Part shown: positions 39,345-49,462 of the stretch, piece after piece
Numbering within the stretch: position 1 is the first letter of the stretch
How the letters are laid out: each line of letters opens with the position of its first letter
Source of the DNA: an uncultured candidate division Zixibacteria bacterium
GTDB taxonomy: Bacteria > Zixibacteria > MSB-5A5 > GN15 > PGXB01
NCBI GenBank assembly: GCA_963702205.1
Contig: OY969724.1
Location: forward strand, 1,120,001-1,184,000
Direction of reading: 5' to 3'
Length of the DNA stretch: 64,000 nt
The notes under the pieces: model-generated
Told to the model about the DNA's origin: nothing
Seen by the model: the letters and a program-made list of their open reading frames with translations, nothing else
The model's database searches: none
Translations under genes and position numbers: made by a program

Positions 39345-41364
39345 ATGGATACGTGCGCCAAAAATTCTGTCCGCGGTTTGTCCCTGTTTCTTTTTGCACT
39401 TTTAACCGCGATCGTACTGTCCGTCCTGCCCGGAGACGGCCGGGCCGCGGTGATTAACGTCCCCGACGATCAACCGTCGATCCAGGACGGCATTGTCGCC
39501 GCCAATTTCTTCGATACGGTTATGGTGGCGCCGGGTCGGTATTATGAAAATATCGATTTCCTCGGCAAGTGGATCGTCGTCACCAGCCGGTTCGCTCTGG
39601 ACAATGACCCATCGTACATTTTCAACACGATCATCGACGGCAGCCAGCCGGTTCATCCCGATTCGGCCAGCTGTGTCCTGATGGTGACCCATGAAAATAA
39701 TTTTTCGATCCTTCAGGGTTTCACATTAACCGGCGGAACCGGCACCAACTGGGTCGATGAGCACGGGGCTGGGACATTCCGCGAGGGCGGCGGTATTTTG
39801 ATGACCGAAAGCAGCCCGATTATTCAGTACAATTATATCGTCGACAATGAAGCGGTTTTTGTTCCGTCGGGGCTGGTCAGCGCCGGCGGCGGTGGAATTC
39901 GGATCGGCGACGGCGATCCGCTGATACAAAACAATATTATAGGTACACAACCGGGGACGCTACGGGGCCGGAATCGTACTCAACTACTGCCAGGGGACCA
40001 TAAGAAACAACGTCATCGCTTATAATACTGGCGGTGAAGACTATGGCGGCGGGGGAATCTGGAAAAATCCCGGCACGTCAATCGTAGAGAACAATACCAT
40101 CGTCGGCAACGTCGCCGCGACCGGCGGAGGCGGCGTGTATATTTACGCCTCGGGTACGATTACGCTCCATAATAATATCGTCTGGGGCAACGCGCCCAAT
40201 CAAACTTATCAGACCTTCGGCGGGAGCTTCAGCGCGTCATACAACGACATACAAAACGGCAGTCTCGCCGGGACGGGAAACATCGACGTCGATCCGGCAT
40301 TGATAGGCGAATTTTTATATCTTACGACCGGTTCGCCGTGCACCGATGCCGGTGATCCGGGAGTCGCGTTTTACGATCCGGAAGATCCATCTGCGCCGGG
40401 CAGCGCAATCTGGCCGGCGACCGGGACGCTGACCAACGACCTTGGAGCGTACGGCGGACCACTGAGCTTTACGCTCGAGCCGGTTTCGTTTTTCGCCGAC
40501 ACGACTATCGGCTGGGCGCCGCTCGAGGTGGCGTTTACGCCGATTTATGGTTATACGGTCAACAGTTGGTCGTGGGATTTCGGTGACGGCGACGGGGCGA
40601 CTGTCGAAAATCCGGTGCATACATTCACGACCGGTGGACAGTTTGATGTATCGGTCGATGCGGGAACCGATACCGGCACCAAATCGAGGATCAAGACTAA
40701 ATACATCAGTATCCTGGCCGACACCCTTATCGGTATCGATGCCGAGGGCGACGCGGGCGGAGACGTGGAAGTTACGGTCAACGCCCGAAACAACGTCCCG
40801 GTTTCCAAGATCAGGCTGCCGTTCGAGTACGGTGGCGGGGATTTTAGTCTGACATTCGATTCATTCTCCACAGCTGGCTGCCGGACAGCGGCTTTCGATA
40901 CCGTCGCACACATTTTCGCCGACGTGTTCGGCCATCGCGACGTGCTTTCGATTTATAATTACAACAGTTCAACGCCCGATCTGGAGGCCGGTTACGGGCC
41001 GATTATAAAGCTGTATTTTTCTATTCCCAATCCGGCGTCGGGGAGTGTGACGTTGACATACGACGGATTCATGTCATATCTGCCGATTTTTTACAGCCCG
41101 CTTCTGACATATAATCCGGTGGTAAACACGAGCACCGTGTCGACGTCGTTTTTGTGCGGAGATGCCTCGGGCGATGGGGACGTTAACCTGATCGATATTT
41201 TATACCTGATATCATATAAATATGACGTTCCTCCGGGGCCGGAGCCGATGCCGCTCGCGGCGGGCGACGCCAACGGTGACGGCGCTATCAACCTGGTTGA
41301 TATTTTGTATTTGATCGACTACCGGTATGGTACACCGCCGGGGCCGGATCCCTTATGTCCTTAG
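39345..41364 (+). CDS. Secreted right-handed beta-helix protein with PKD, cohesin-like and C-terminal dockerin-like domains; one frameshift near 39942-39947
   Basis: VPDDQPSIQDGI..DTVMVAPGRYYENI, GGGI repeats; removing one base joins NNII to VHNRGRYGAGIVLNY, in frame with 40135..41364; [33 protein letters not shown] repeat pair. Confidence 0.8.
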
Positions 41365-41380
41365 GTGGTAAGGGCAACGC

Positions 41381-41485
41381 GCCGTCAGGGATGATTCCTG
41401 GCGGCGCTTTTATGTACGGTAAATTAACGGTTGATTGCTATTTACCGGCAAATGTTATAAACTTATAGACGTTGAAGGCGTAGAA
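41381..41485 (+). repeat. Duplicated terminator+promoter block, copy A
   Basis: GCCGTCAGG...CCTGGCGGC-GCTTTT hairpin, then TTGCTA-17-TAAACT; 90/105 identical (hand count) to 43934-44038. Confidence 0.75.
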
Positions 41486-41512
41486 GATTTTGTGTTCCGT
41501 CAGGATGGCGGA

Positions 41513-41630
41513 AAGATGTCAAGCCGCCCTTCGCAAGGCTCACCCCGCAAGCTCAGCGCAGGCAGGGCCTTCGGCAAGTCGGCTTGACCTACAAGAAGAA
41601 TCCCACCACTAAAGTGGTGGGGAAACCAAA
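41513..41630. repeat. REP-like cluster (GTAG variant plus CCACTAAAGTGGTGGGG hairpin)
   Basis: Minus strand GTAGGTCAAGCCG...GCGGCTTGACA; then CCCACCACTAAAGTGGTGGG. Confidence 0.6.
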
Positions 41631-41796
41631 TTGAGTCGATTGCTCACTTATTCCAGCCGTCGGCTTTTCTCAACGTCCTTGTATCGAGCATTGTCTGGTA
41701 CGAATCACAAATGGTTTCTTGACAGATATTACATCTCCGATATATTTAACATATAGCCCTGTTTTCAGCGTTGTCTGAAGTCAACACTGGCCGGAG

Positions 41797-43914
41797 GTGA
41801 TTATGCGATTTGTAAGGCATCAAGCGCGCCTAAGATATTATCTTTTAACATCCTTTTTCGTCGCAGTCTTTTCCTTCATCAGCATTAAAAACGTGTCCGC
41901 GGAGCGTGCCACACCCGAAGAAATGGAGTCCGTGTGCCGCAATTGGCTGACTTTAATGGTCGCCAACGAGGGCGATTGGGGTGGGTCAACCGCACCGGAA
42001 ATTCAAAATAGGATAGATATTAGTGACGGCGATCTTATGCTGGCGGTCTGTTATGAGATTTATCCGGAGGGGTATATTATTGTCCCGGTGCTTAAGGAAA
42101 TGCCGCCCATAAAGGCGTATTCCGACATGGGCCGCTTCAATGCCGATGAAACCGACGGTTTGCCGGGGCTTTTGCGTGAAACGCTCTCCGAACGTTTGGA
42201 ATTGTTCATTGACAGGTACGGCAGCCTTGAGGCAAAAGCGGATGACAAGAATATGCCGCTCTTTGACGGTTCTCATCGCCGCGATTGGGACCGTCTGGCG
42301 GTGAGCCCAGAGGATTTTGCGATGGCTTTAAGCGGCAAAACAATGCGCGTCGATTTGGAAGCCGGGCCACTTCTGACGACTCTGTGGGATCAGAGACCGC
42401 CATACAACAGTCTTTGCCCGACAAGCGAGAGCGGATTGTGCCTGGTTGGATGCGTTCCACTTGCGGCGGCGCAGATAGTTTTTTACCATCAATGGCCGAC
42501 GTACGGAGTAGGATCACATTCCTATTACTGGGAAGGTGACTATTGCACCGGTCTTGGCGGCGGTGAAGTATCGGCGGACTTTTCCGACCCGTACGTATAC
42601 GATGGAGCGAGAGAGAATACCGCGGAAATATGTTTCGAAATGGGGGTTCTTTTTGAAGCTGATTATGGATCTTGTGCGACCGGTGCGGACCCCGACCGGG
42701 TTATATCAGGATTTCCCGAACATCTTCGATATAAAAGTCAAATTGAACGACTCAAGCGAGTGGATTATTCAATCGAAGATTGGTTTCAAATCATAAAAAC
42801 GGAAATAGACGCACTGCGGCCTATTATGTACGAAATCCCGAGACATGAAATCGTCTGCGACGGATATCGTCAGGTTTCCGAAATGTATCAATATCACATG
42901 AACTATGGATGGGGCACCGCGGGTTATACGACGTGGTTTACGATGGATAATCTTTATTGCTACTGGGAACCGGAGGATTTATGTCCCTGGAATAGGGAAG
43001 CGGCCTACGTGAATATCGAACCGGCCCGGGATGTCAACCTGTTCGGTGAACCCAGATTCGGTCAAATTCCTTTGGAAGTGACCTTTCAGGGTTCGTCGGA
43101 GTTTACGGTCGACGAATGGCACTGGGATTTCGGGGATGGCGATTCGTCTTATGAGCAATCGCCCGTCCACACTTATGCGGACGTGGGAAGTTACGACGTA
43201 ACCCTCGAAATCAATTCCGGCGGCGAGAGCTATACTGCCCATTATGAAAATTATGTGGTGGCCTTCGCCGATTCCCTAATCGTGTCCGATGCCCCGTGTC
43301 GTGTCGGACGGAAGGTTGAAGTAACGATTTCGGCGCGAAACAGCCTCGATTTAAAAGATATATATCTCCCGGTCGTTTACGATGGCGATCTGGAGCTGGC
43401 ATTGGATTCGTTTTCGATGGCCGGATGCCGGACAGAATCATTTAATTATATCGTTACCTGGTACAATGCCGATCAAAAACTGGCCCTTTTGCTGAGGTCG
43501 AATTTGATGGATGAACCGATTGAGTACCTACAGCCCGGAGTGGGGCCGGTGCTAAAACTCTATTTTACGGTGGTGGCGGGTAATAACGATCAAACTACGC
43601 AGATCAGAATAGAACCTTTTGACAATTATTACCTTAGTTTCAGGCATGGGCTGAACGACATATATACACCGTTTACGGCCGATGGACTGGCTTTTATATA
43701 TTGGTGCGGCGACGCCAATGGAGATTATCTGGTCAACCTGATAGACATTTTGTACCTGATAAACTATGTCTATGCCGACCCACCCGGTGATCCACCGGAT
43801 ATATTGGAGATGAGTGATGTCAATGCCGACGGAGCGATTAACCTGCTCGATATTTTAATTCTGATAGCCTACCGATACAGTGACCCGCCGGGGCCGGAAC
43901 CTCTGTGCCGGTGA
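41797..43914 (+). CDS. Secreted C10 (streptopain-like) cysteine protease with prodomain, PKD, cohesin-like and C-terminal dockerin-like domains
   Basis: [79 protein letters not shown] repeat pair. Confidence 0.88.
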   Translation: MIMRFVRHQARLRYYLLTSFFVAVFSFISIKNVSAERATPEEMESVCRNWLTLMVANEGDWGGSTAPEIQNRIDISDGDLMLAVCYEIYPEGYIIVPVLKEMPPIKAYSDMGRFNADETDGLPGLLRETLSERLELFIDRYGSLEAKADDKNMPLFDGSHRRDWDRLAVSPEDFAMALSGKTMRVDLEAGPLLTTLWDQRPPYNSLCPTSESGLCLVGCVPLAAAQIVFYHQWPTYGVGSHSYYWEGDYCTGLGGGEVSADFSDPYVYDGARENTAEICFEMGVLFEADYGSCATGADPDRVISGFPEHLRYKSQIERLKRVDYSIEDWFQIIKTEIDALRPIMYEIPRHEIVCDGYRQVSEMYQYHMNYGWGTAGYTTWFTMDNLYCYWEPEDLCPWNREAAYVNIEPARDVNLFGEPRFGQIPLEVTFQGSSEFTVDEWHWDFGDGDSSYEQSPVHTYADVGSYDVTLEINSGGESYTAHYENYVVAFADSLIVSDAPCRVGRKVEVTISARNSLDLKDIYLPVVYDGDLELALDSFSMAGCRTESFNYIVTWYNADQKLALLLRSNLMDEPIEYLQPGVGPVLKLYFTVVAGNNDQTTQIRIEPFDNYYLSFRHGLNDIYTPFTADGLAFIYWCGDANGDYLVNLIDILYLINYVYADPPGDPPDILEMSDVNADGAINLLDILILIAYRYSDPPGPEPLCR

Positions 43915-43933
43915 ATGAAGAATTTTATTTTAA

Positions 43934-44038
43934 GCCGTCAGGATGGGATTCTGGCGGCGTTTTTATGTACGGAAAATTAACGGATGATTGCCATTTACCG
44001 ACAAATGTTATAAACTTATGGGCATTGAGGGCGTAGAA
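43934..44038 (+). repeat. Duplicated terminator+promoter block, copy B
   Basis: GCCGTCAG...CTGGCGGC-GTTTTT hairpin, then TTGCCA (43988)-17-TAAACT (44011); paralog of 41381-41485. Confidence 0.75.
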
Positions 44039-44039
44039 A

Positions 44040-44134
44040 GTAGGTCGGGTTCCGAGTGGAGCGGAGCGAAATGAGAAACCCGACGAAATCATGTCGGAAC
44101 AAGATGGCAGAATCGCTAAAGGGTTCTGCCCTAC
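44040..44134 (+). repeat. GTAG...CTAC REP doublet
   Basis: GTAGGTCGGGTTCCGAGTGGAGC...AAACCCGAC plus GGCAGAATC...GGTTCTGCCCTAC. Confidence 0.75.
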
Positions 44135-44145
44135 AAGAATTGTAG

Positions 44146-45042
44146 ATGGAAAATTCATACAGGAAATATCTGGACCCGGAGATCGTCGGGAAGCTTAAGG
44201 GGATGGAGCTCAAGGCCCGTATGGTGGTCGAGGGCTTTATCGCCGGGCTGCACAAATCGCCGTACCACGGCTTTTCGGTCGAATTCGCCGAGCACCGTCA
44301 GTATATGCCGGGCGACAATATCCGCGACATCGACTGGAAGGTTTACGCCAAATCTGACCGGTATTATATCAAGCAGTACGAGGAAGAAACCAATCTCAAG
44401 GGATATCTCCTGGTGGACTGCTCGGCGTCGATGGCCTACAAATCCGACGGGGTTTCCAAGCTCGATTACGCCTCGCTGCTGGCGGCGTCACTGTCGTTTC
44501 TGATGCTCAAGCAGCGCGACGCGGTCGGGCTGGTGACGTTCGACGAGGCAATTCGCCGCTATATTCCGCCCCGGTCGCGGTCCGGGCAACTGCATTTATT
44601 ATTGCAGGAACTGGCGTCCCAGACGGCGTCGGACAAGACCGATATCGCCGATACGCTTCACGAGATGGCCGAGCGAATTACCCGTCGCGGATTGATTGTC
44701 ATTATGTCCGATCTGCTGGATGAACCGTCGAAGATTATCTCCGGCCTGAAGCATTTTCGCCACAAACACCACGAAATAATTCTCTTTCACATTCTCGATC
44801 CGCGCGAGCGCGATTTCGCGTTTCCGTCGGAAGCCGTCTTCAAAGACATGGAAACCGGCGAAGAGCTGACAACTCTACCGTGGCAGATTCGCAAGCATTA
44901 TCAGAAAGCGACCTCGGATTTTTCGGATTATATAGCGTCGGAGTGCCGTCAGAGCCGGATTGACTATCATCTGATCGACACCTCGGTCCCGTTCGACACG
45001 GCCCTTTATGCTTTTCTGGCCAAACGCGAGCGGTTGTATTAG
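44146..45042 (+). CDS. DUF58 (VWA-like) protein, usual MoxR partner
   Basis: GLHKSPYHGFSVEFAEHRQYMPGDNIRDIDWKVYAK, DCSASM, SDLL. Confidence 0.92.
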   Translation: MENSYRKYLDPEIVGKLKGMELKARMVVEGFIAGLHKSPYHGFSVEFAEHRQYMPGDNIRDIDWKVYAKSDRYYIKQYEEETNLKGYLLVDCSASMAYKSDGVSKLDYASLLAASLSFLMLKQRDAVGLVTFDEAIRRYIPPRSRSGQLHLLLQELASQTASDKTDIADTLHEMAERITRRGLIVIMSDLLDEPSKIISGLKHFRHKHHEIILFHILDPRERDFAFPSEAVFKDMETGEELTTLPWQIRKHYQKATSDFSDYIASECRQSRIDYHLIDTSVPFDTALYAFLAKRERLY

Positions 45043-45111
45043 CATTGTGTTAATTTTTCCCGGATTTCGTTTTTATTGAAACTTCCATTTTCTTATAGAG
45101 TCTAACAATTA

Positions 45112-47499
45112 TTGACACATCAGTTATGGGACGACTATAGATTGGTATCTTTTTTAAATAAGCTTTTTCTGATAATTGTTCTTGCGGCGGGGACGGCGTA
45201 CGGGGCGACAGTCTCCGGGACTATCTATAACGCTCAGACCGGCGAACCGGTGGGATTCGCGTCGGTTCAGGCGCTCGGGACCGGGCGCACGATGATCGCC
45301 AACGAAACCGGGCAGTACCGCCTGCGCCTTAACGATGGTCATTACAGACTCAAATTCAGCTGTATCGGATATCTCAGTGACGAGCAGGAAGTCGACCTGA
45401 AAGATTCGCTGACGCTTGACGTCCATCTGGTACCGGCGGCGATCGTGATCAAAGGTATCAAGGTCTATGATCGAGCGCTCGATCCGGGACAGAAAATCAT
45501 AGTCGAGGCAATCAAGCGTAAAAATGACATTTTATCACATATCAAAAGCTATTCTTTCGATTCCTATTCCCGAATTACATTCACTCGTCCTGACAAGAAA
45601 GCGGATGATTCCTCAAGGATATTTCTGATCGCCGAATCGCAGACGTCGGGGTACTGGCAATATCCGGACAAATATAAAGAGATAATCAATTCCCGACGCC
45701 AGACGGCCAATATCCCTCCCGAGGCAAATTTAGTGGCGCTCGGAGAGATCTTAAACTTCAACCTTAATCGTATCGATCTCGGCCGGTATTCCGTGGTTTC
45801 GCCGACTGCAACGGATGCCCTCGACTATTACAATTATTATCTGATGGACACGATTTATATCGATAAGAAACCGGTCTTTCATCTCGAATTCGAGCCCAGG
45901 AGCCAGTCGGTTCCGCTGTTTGCAGGGACGCTCGATATCGCCGATTCGACTTATGATGTGGTCGGGGTATCGGTGACGTTCAACGAGGCATTGGATTTTC
46001 CGATGCTTGAAGACGCCTTGTTTTCGCAGACATTTGCCGAATTCGAGGGTGAATACTGGATGCCTATCGAAGAACAGATTGCCGCCAAAATCAATATCCC
46101 GGTGCCGGGAATCCCGACCCTTACGCTGGATTTTGTAGGGTCGATCTATGACTATCGTTTCAATATCAATCATCCGAAGAATACGTTCGACGAGTATGTC
46201 CTTGAAGTGGCAGAGACAGCCGACGACGTCGATTCGACGGAATGGTACACCGCGCCGACGATACCTCTGACCCTGAAAGAAGACGAAGCCTATACCCGCA
46301 TAGATTCGACCGTCCATGCCCCCAAACCATTTTATTCATACATGCTGAGAGGTTTGGGATTAGCCCTGGCAATTTCGATGACGCAATATGACCTGGTGCA
46401 TTACAACCGGGTCGAAGGCGCTTATACCGGGTTGGGTGTGGATGTGAGGAAACTTGCTCGCGGTTTGAGGGTATACGCCAAAGCCGGGTACGGCTATAAG
46501 AACGAAAGATGGCGGCAAAATTACGGCTTCGAGTATGAAGTCAGCCCAAAAAAGCATGTCAAAGTCGGGTTCGAGTATCACGATGAAATAACGCACCGTC
46601 CGACCATTTTCACCAAACCTGATTTTGATCCTGCTTTCTTTGCGTTTCTGGCCGACATGGACCCGTTCGATTATTACGTGGAAAAAGGCTTTAAGGCCCG
46701 GGTCGGTCTGAGACCGATCCGCCATTTGGAATTCGCAGCGATATACAGGGATTTCAAACAATACACGGTCGGTAAGAACGAAGATTACAGTCTTTTTGAT
46801 CCGGATACGGCGCGGTTCAATCCTCCCATCGCCGACGGTCATCTTCGTTCGGTAGGCGCCGAACTGGTCTGGGACAGCCGTAACCTGATATTGAATAAAG
46901 GACAGGAATTGCCGGAGTCGCAGCTGCCGTACGTGATTTTCAAAACCGGGGTAGAATACGCCTCGCCGGATTTCATAGACAATGATTTTCATTACCGGCG
47001 CTATTTTGCCAGCTTTAACCCACACTATCGCTTTCTCGGGCTGGGGACAAGCGAGATGCTGTTGTATGGCGGGATGTCCGACGGTAAGCTGACGCCGCAG
47101 AATCTGTTTACGGTCGATTTTGCCGGGGAGTTGATGCCGGAACATTTGTCGTTCAAGACTCTCGGGAGAAACAACTTCAGCGGCAACCGGGTCGTCAGTG
47201 CTTATATCTCCCATGATTTCGGGCGGTTGCTGTTCTTAAAATCGGGCCTGCCGGGAATCAAAGATTTGCCGTTGTCGCTGGGAGTACACGGCGGTGCGTT
47301 CTGGACAGATCTCAGGGGCGAGAATTTTCAGGCTACAATGGATAACGCCCGCCTGGCCCGGACCGCTTTCAGCGAGCTTGGGTTTTCGGTAGGGCGCATT
47401 CCACCGCTCAGTTTCAAGCTCTATTTCACGTGGCAGTTGTCGGGATATACCAGCGATGATATCGAAAAATTCTCGTTTGATCTCGGATTCGGATTTTAA
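45112..47499 (+). CDS. Outer-membrane protein with carboxypeptidase-regulatory-like N-domain (DUF5686-like)
   Basis: VSGTIYNAQTGEPVGFASV...FSCIGY; SPTATDALDYYNYYL; YNRVEG; C-terminal FDLGFGF; true start may be slightly downstream. Confidence 0.75.
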   Translation: MTHQLWDDYRLVSFLNKLFLIIVLAAGTAYGATVSGTIYNAQTGEPVGFASVQALGTGRTMIANETGQYRLRLNDGHYRLKFSCIGYLSDEQEVDLKDSLTLDVHLVPAAIVIKGIKVYDRALDPGQKIIVEAIKRKNDILSHIKSYSFDSYSRITFTRPDKKADDSSRIFLIAESQTSGYWQYPDKYKEIINSRRQTANIPPEANLVALGEILNFNLNRIDLGRYSVVSPTATDALDYYNYYLMDTIYIDKKPVFHLEFEPRSQSVPLFAGTLDIADSTYDVVGVSVTFNEALDFPMLEDALFSQTFAEFEGEYWMPIEEQIAAKINIPVPGIPTLTLDFVGSIYDYRFNINHPKNTFDEYVLEVAETADDVDSTEWYTAPTIPLTLKEDEAYTRIDSTVHAPKPFYSYMLRGLGLALAISMTQYDLVHYNRVEGAYTGLGVDVRKLARGLRVYAKAGYGYKNERWRQNYGFEYEVSPKKHVKVGFEYHDEITHRPTIFTKPDFDPAFFAFLADMDPFDYYVEKGFKARVGLRPIRHLEFAAIYRDFKQYTVGKNEDYSLFDPDTARFNPPIADGHLRSVGAELVWDSRNLILNKGQELPESQLPYVIFKTGVEYASPDFIDNDFHYRRYFASFNPHYRFLGLGTSEMLLYGGMSDGKLTPQNLFTVDFAGELMPEHLSFKTLGRNNFSGNRVVSAYISHDFGRLLFLKSGLPGIKDLPLSLGVHGGAFWTDLRGENFQATMDNARLARTAFSELGFSVGRIPPLSFKLYFTWQLSGYTSDDIEKFSFDLGFGF

Positions 47500-48410
47500 T
47501 CCGCTATAGCCGAAAGAATTTCTTCTCTGATTTCCGTGTAATTATCAGGAGCCAGTTGGGTGGTTAGTTTATCGCCGGTGTCGAGTTCTATAAGTCGGTT
47601 CAGTTCGGGCGAATCCATTACTTTCTGATCGGCCAGAATCAGGCAGGGGCCCTCGACCGGTTTGATGTCGTCGACGCCGGTGCGATCGTACGGAAAGCCG
47701 GATGATTTCTTGTACCACCAAAAATAAAACATATTGCCCAGCGGGATGCCCAGCTTGCCGGTTCTCTCTCGATTGGTCTGCAGCCAGTTGGTCGTGGTCA
47801 GGTAGGGGTTGACCGCGATCACGCGGTCGATGCGGTTGTCGGTGCGCTCGGCATTGATGGCGGCATCACCGCCGACGTCGAAACCGGCGACGATTAGCGG
47901 CCGTTTCAGCCATCCGTTGAAGTTGTCGGCAGCTATCACCTCGATCAGGTCCTCACCTTCAAAGACACCCCCGGCATGATAGATTCCTCCGGACTGACCG
48001 GTCGCGCGCTGATCGTAGAGAATGACGGTCCATCCCGAGTCGTGAAGCGGCGCGACATAATCGGCAAAATAAGTCCGGTCGGTATCGGCCGGGTTCAGAA
48101 GTATAACCGTGCCGAGGCTCGAATCCAGGGCGGTTGTATCGGGGCCGAAATATAGACAGGCCAGTTGAATATTGTCGTTGGTGGTGACGGTAAAAGTATC
48201 CGGCGGCGGATTGAAATCGGCGAAGATGCCGGGGTCGTTGGTATATTCAAAAGTCCTGACGGAATATTGATCCGGGTTGGCGCGGGCGGTGAAATCGTCG
48301 ATGACGTTCAAAGGATAGATTATATAGAAGGTGAAAAAGAGAGCGACAATCACCAGCACGGCGGTGGTGCGCACAATCTCTTTGGTTTTTTTGCTCATCA
48401 ATTTGGCCAT
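47496..48410 (-). CDS. Membrane-anchored alpha/beta-hydrolase-fold protein
   Basis: N-terminal TM; TNDNIQLACLY, GWTVILYDQRATGQSGG; elbow AGFDVGG in place of GxSxGG. Confidence 0.7.
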   Translation of the reverse strand: MAKLMSKKTKEIVRTTAVLVIVALFFTFYIIYPLNVIDDFTARANPDQYSVRTFEYTNDPGIFADFNPPPDTFTVTTNDNIQLACLYFGPDTTALDSSLGTVILLNPADTDRTYFADYVAPLHDSGWTVILYDQRATGQSGGIYHAGGVFEGEDLIEVIAADNFNGWLKRPLIVAGFDVGGDAAINAERTDNRIDRVIAVNPYLTTTNWLQTNRERTGKLGIPLGNMFYFWWYKKSSGFPYDRTGVDDIKPVEGPCLILADQKVMDSPELNRLIELDTGDKLTTQLAPDNYTEIREEILSAIAD

Positions 48411-48538
48411 TTTGCTCTCATTTCAGGAGTTAATGAAACTTAAGATTAAGAAATAGAATGGGATTAGGCAAATGGTATTTTTGGGGCAGGGTGAATGGAA
48501 GGTGGACTTTCAAAAGGGGCGTTACCCACCCGTATTGT

Positions 48539-48660
48539 GCTTGTTGAAAAACCAGTAGGTCGGCTTCCGAATCCTGACGTAGTCAGGAGAGAAAGCCGAC
48601 ATCTTGTTGTCGGGTTTCTCGTTACGCTTCGCTTCACTCGGAACCCGACCTACTTCTTGC
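48539..48660. repeat. Second copy of the MITE-like REP doublet, right TIR missing
   Basis: 120/122 identical to 14653-14774. Confidence 0.85.
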
Positions 48661-48720
48661 TGCCCTACGAAGGCGTCGTCGGGATCAGCACCTGGCGGAA
48701 CAATATTATGCCATCGACCA

Positions 48721-48817
48721 GTTAATGTCATACCCGCGAAGGCCGAAGGCGCTGAAGAATGAAGTGCGGGTATCCGGAGAATTATGAACTGGATCCCGGA
48801 TTAAGTCCGGGATGACA
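48721..48817. repeat. TGTCAT...ATGACA palindromic element
   Basis: TGTCATACCCGCG...GCGGGTATCC...TGGATCCCGGATTAAGTCCGGGATGACA; first 18 nt identical to 22664-22681. Confidence 0.7.
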
Positions 48818-49083
48818 TTTTTGGTTTGTCTGATTATGAAAGAAATTTCGTATATTTTGCATAATCCTCGATAACGAGCATAAAATTAATAGTCGGGATT
48901 TTTAATTTTAAAAAAAATTATTACGAATAAATTATATAAATACCGCGTGCGTCCGTGGGGACAGTGCGGGTATGGTTGCGACGGAACTTGTCAATCCGGT
49001 CAATCCTCTAAAATCCTTAATGGATGCGGCTTTATCGGCACGGTTTTTTCTGAATAAAATGCCGGAAATGGGCGAATTTCCTG

Positions 49084-49112
49084 TTGACAGAATGGGCAAC
49101 AGGGCTTATATT
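49084..49112 (+). promoter_or_regulatory. Putative sigma70 promoter of the surface-protein cluster
   Basis: TTGACA-17 bp-TATATT, about 350 bp upstream of ATG 49463. Confidence 0.5.
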
Positions 49113-49462
49113 CACCGTTGGATGATAGGTGTAATGTCTGCAGTACTACCTTATACAACAAAGAATAAGGTGATTTTAAAGTCTTCATTAAAGACGTCCA
49201 ACAAGCGTAATAGCTAAAGTCGTAAAGCGCAATACTCCGTTTTAAGTTGGCCGGGGGGGCCGCTTAAAAGACAAAGTAACTACTTGGGAAGTCAGTTGTT
49301 AGAGCTTTGGGCATAACTTGAAAAAACCCCGGAATGGCCGATAGTAATTAAGTAAGCCCTGCCTATAAGACTGACTTGAACAGAATTTGAGAGGTTGTTT
49401 TTATCGCTTCGTAGTTAAGGGATAACCGAACCGCCCAAGAACTTTAGTCAAGGAGGAAAGGA

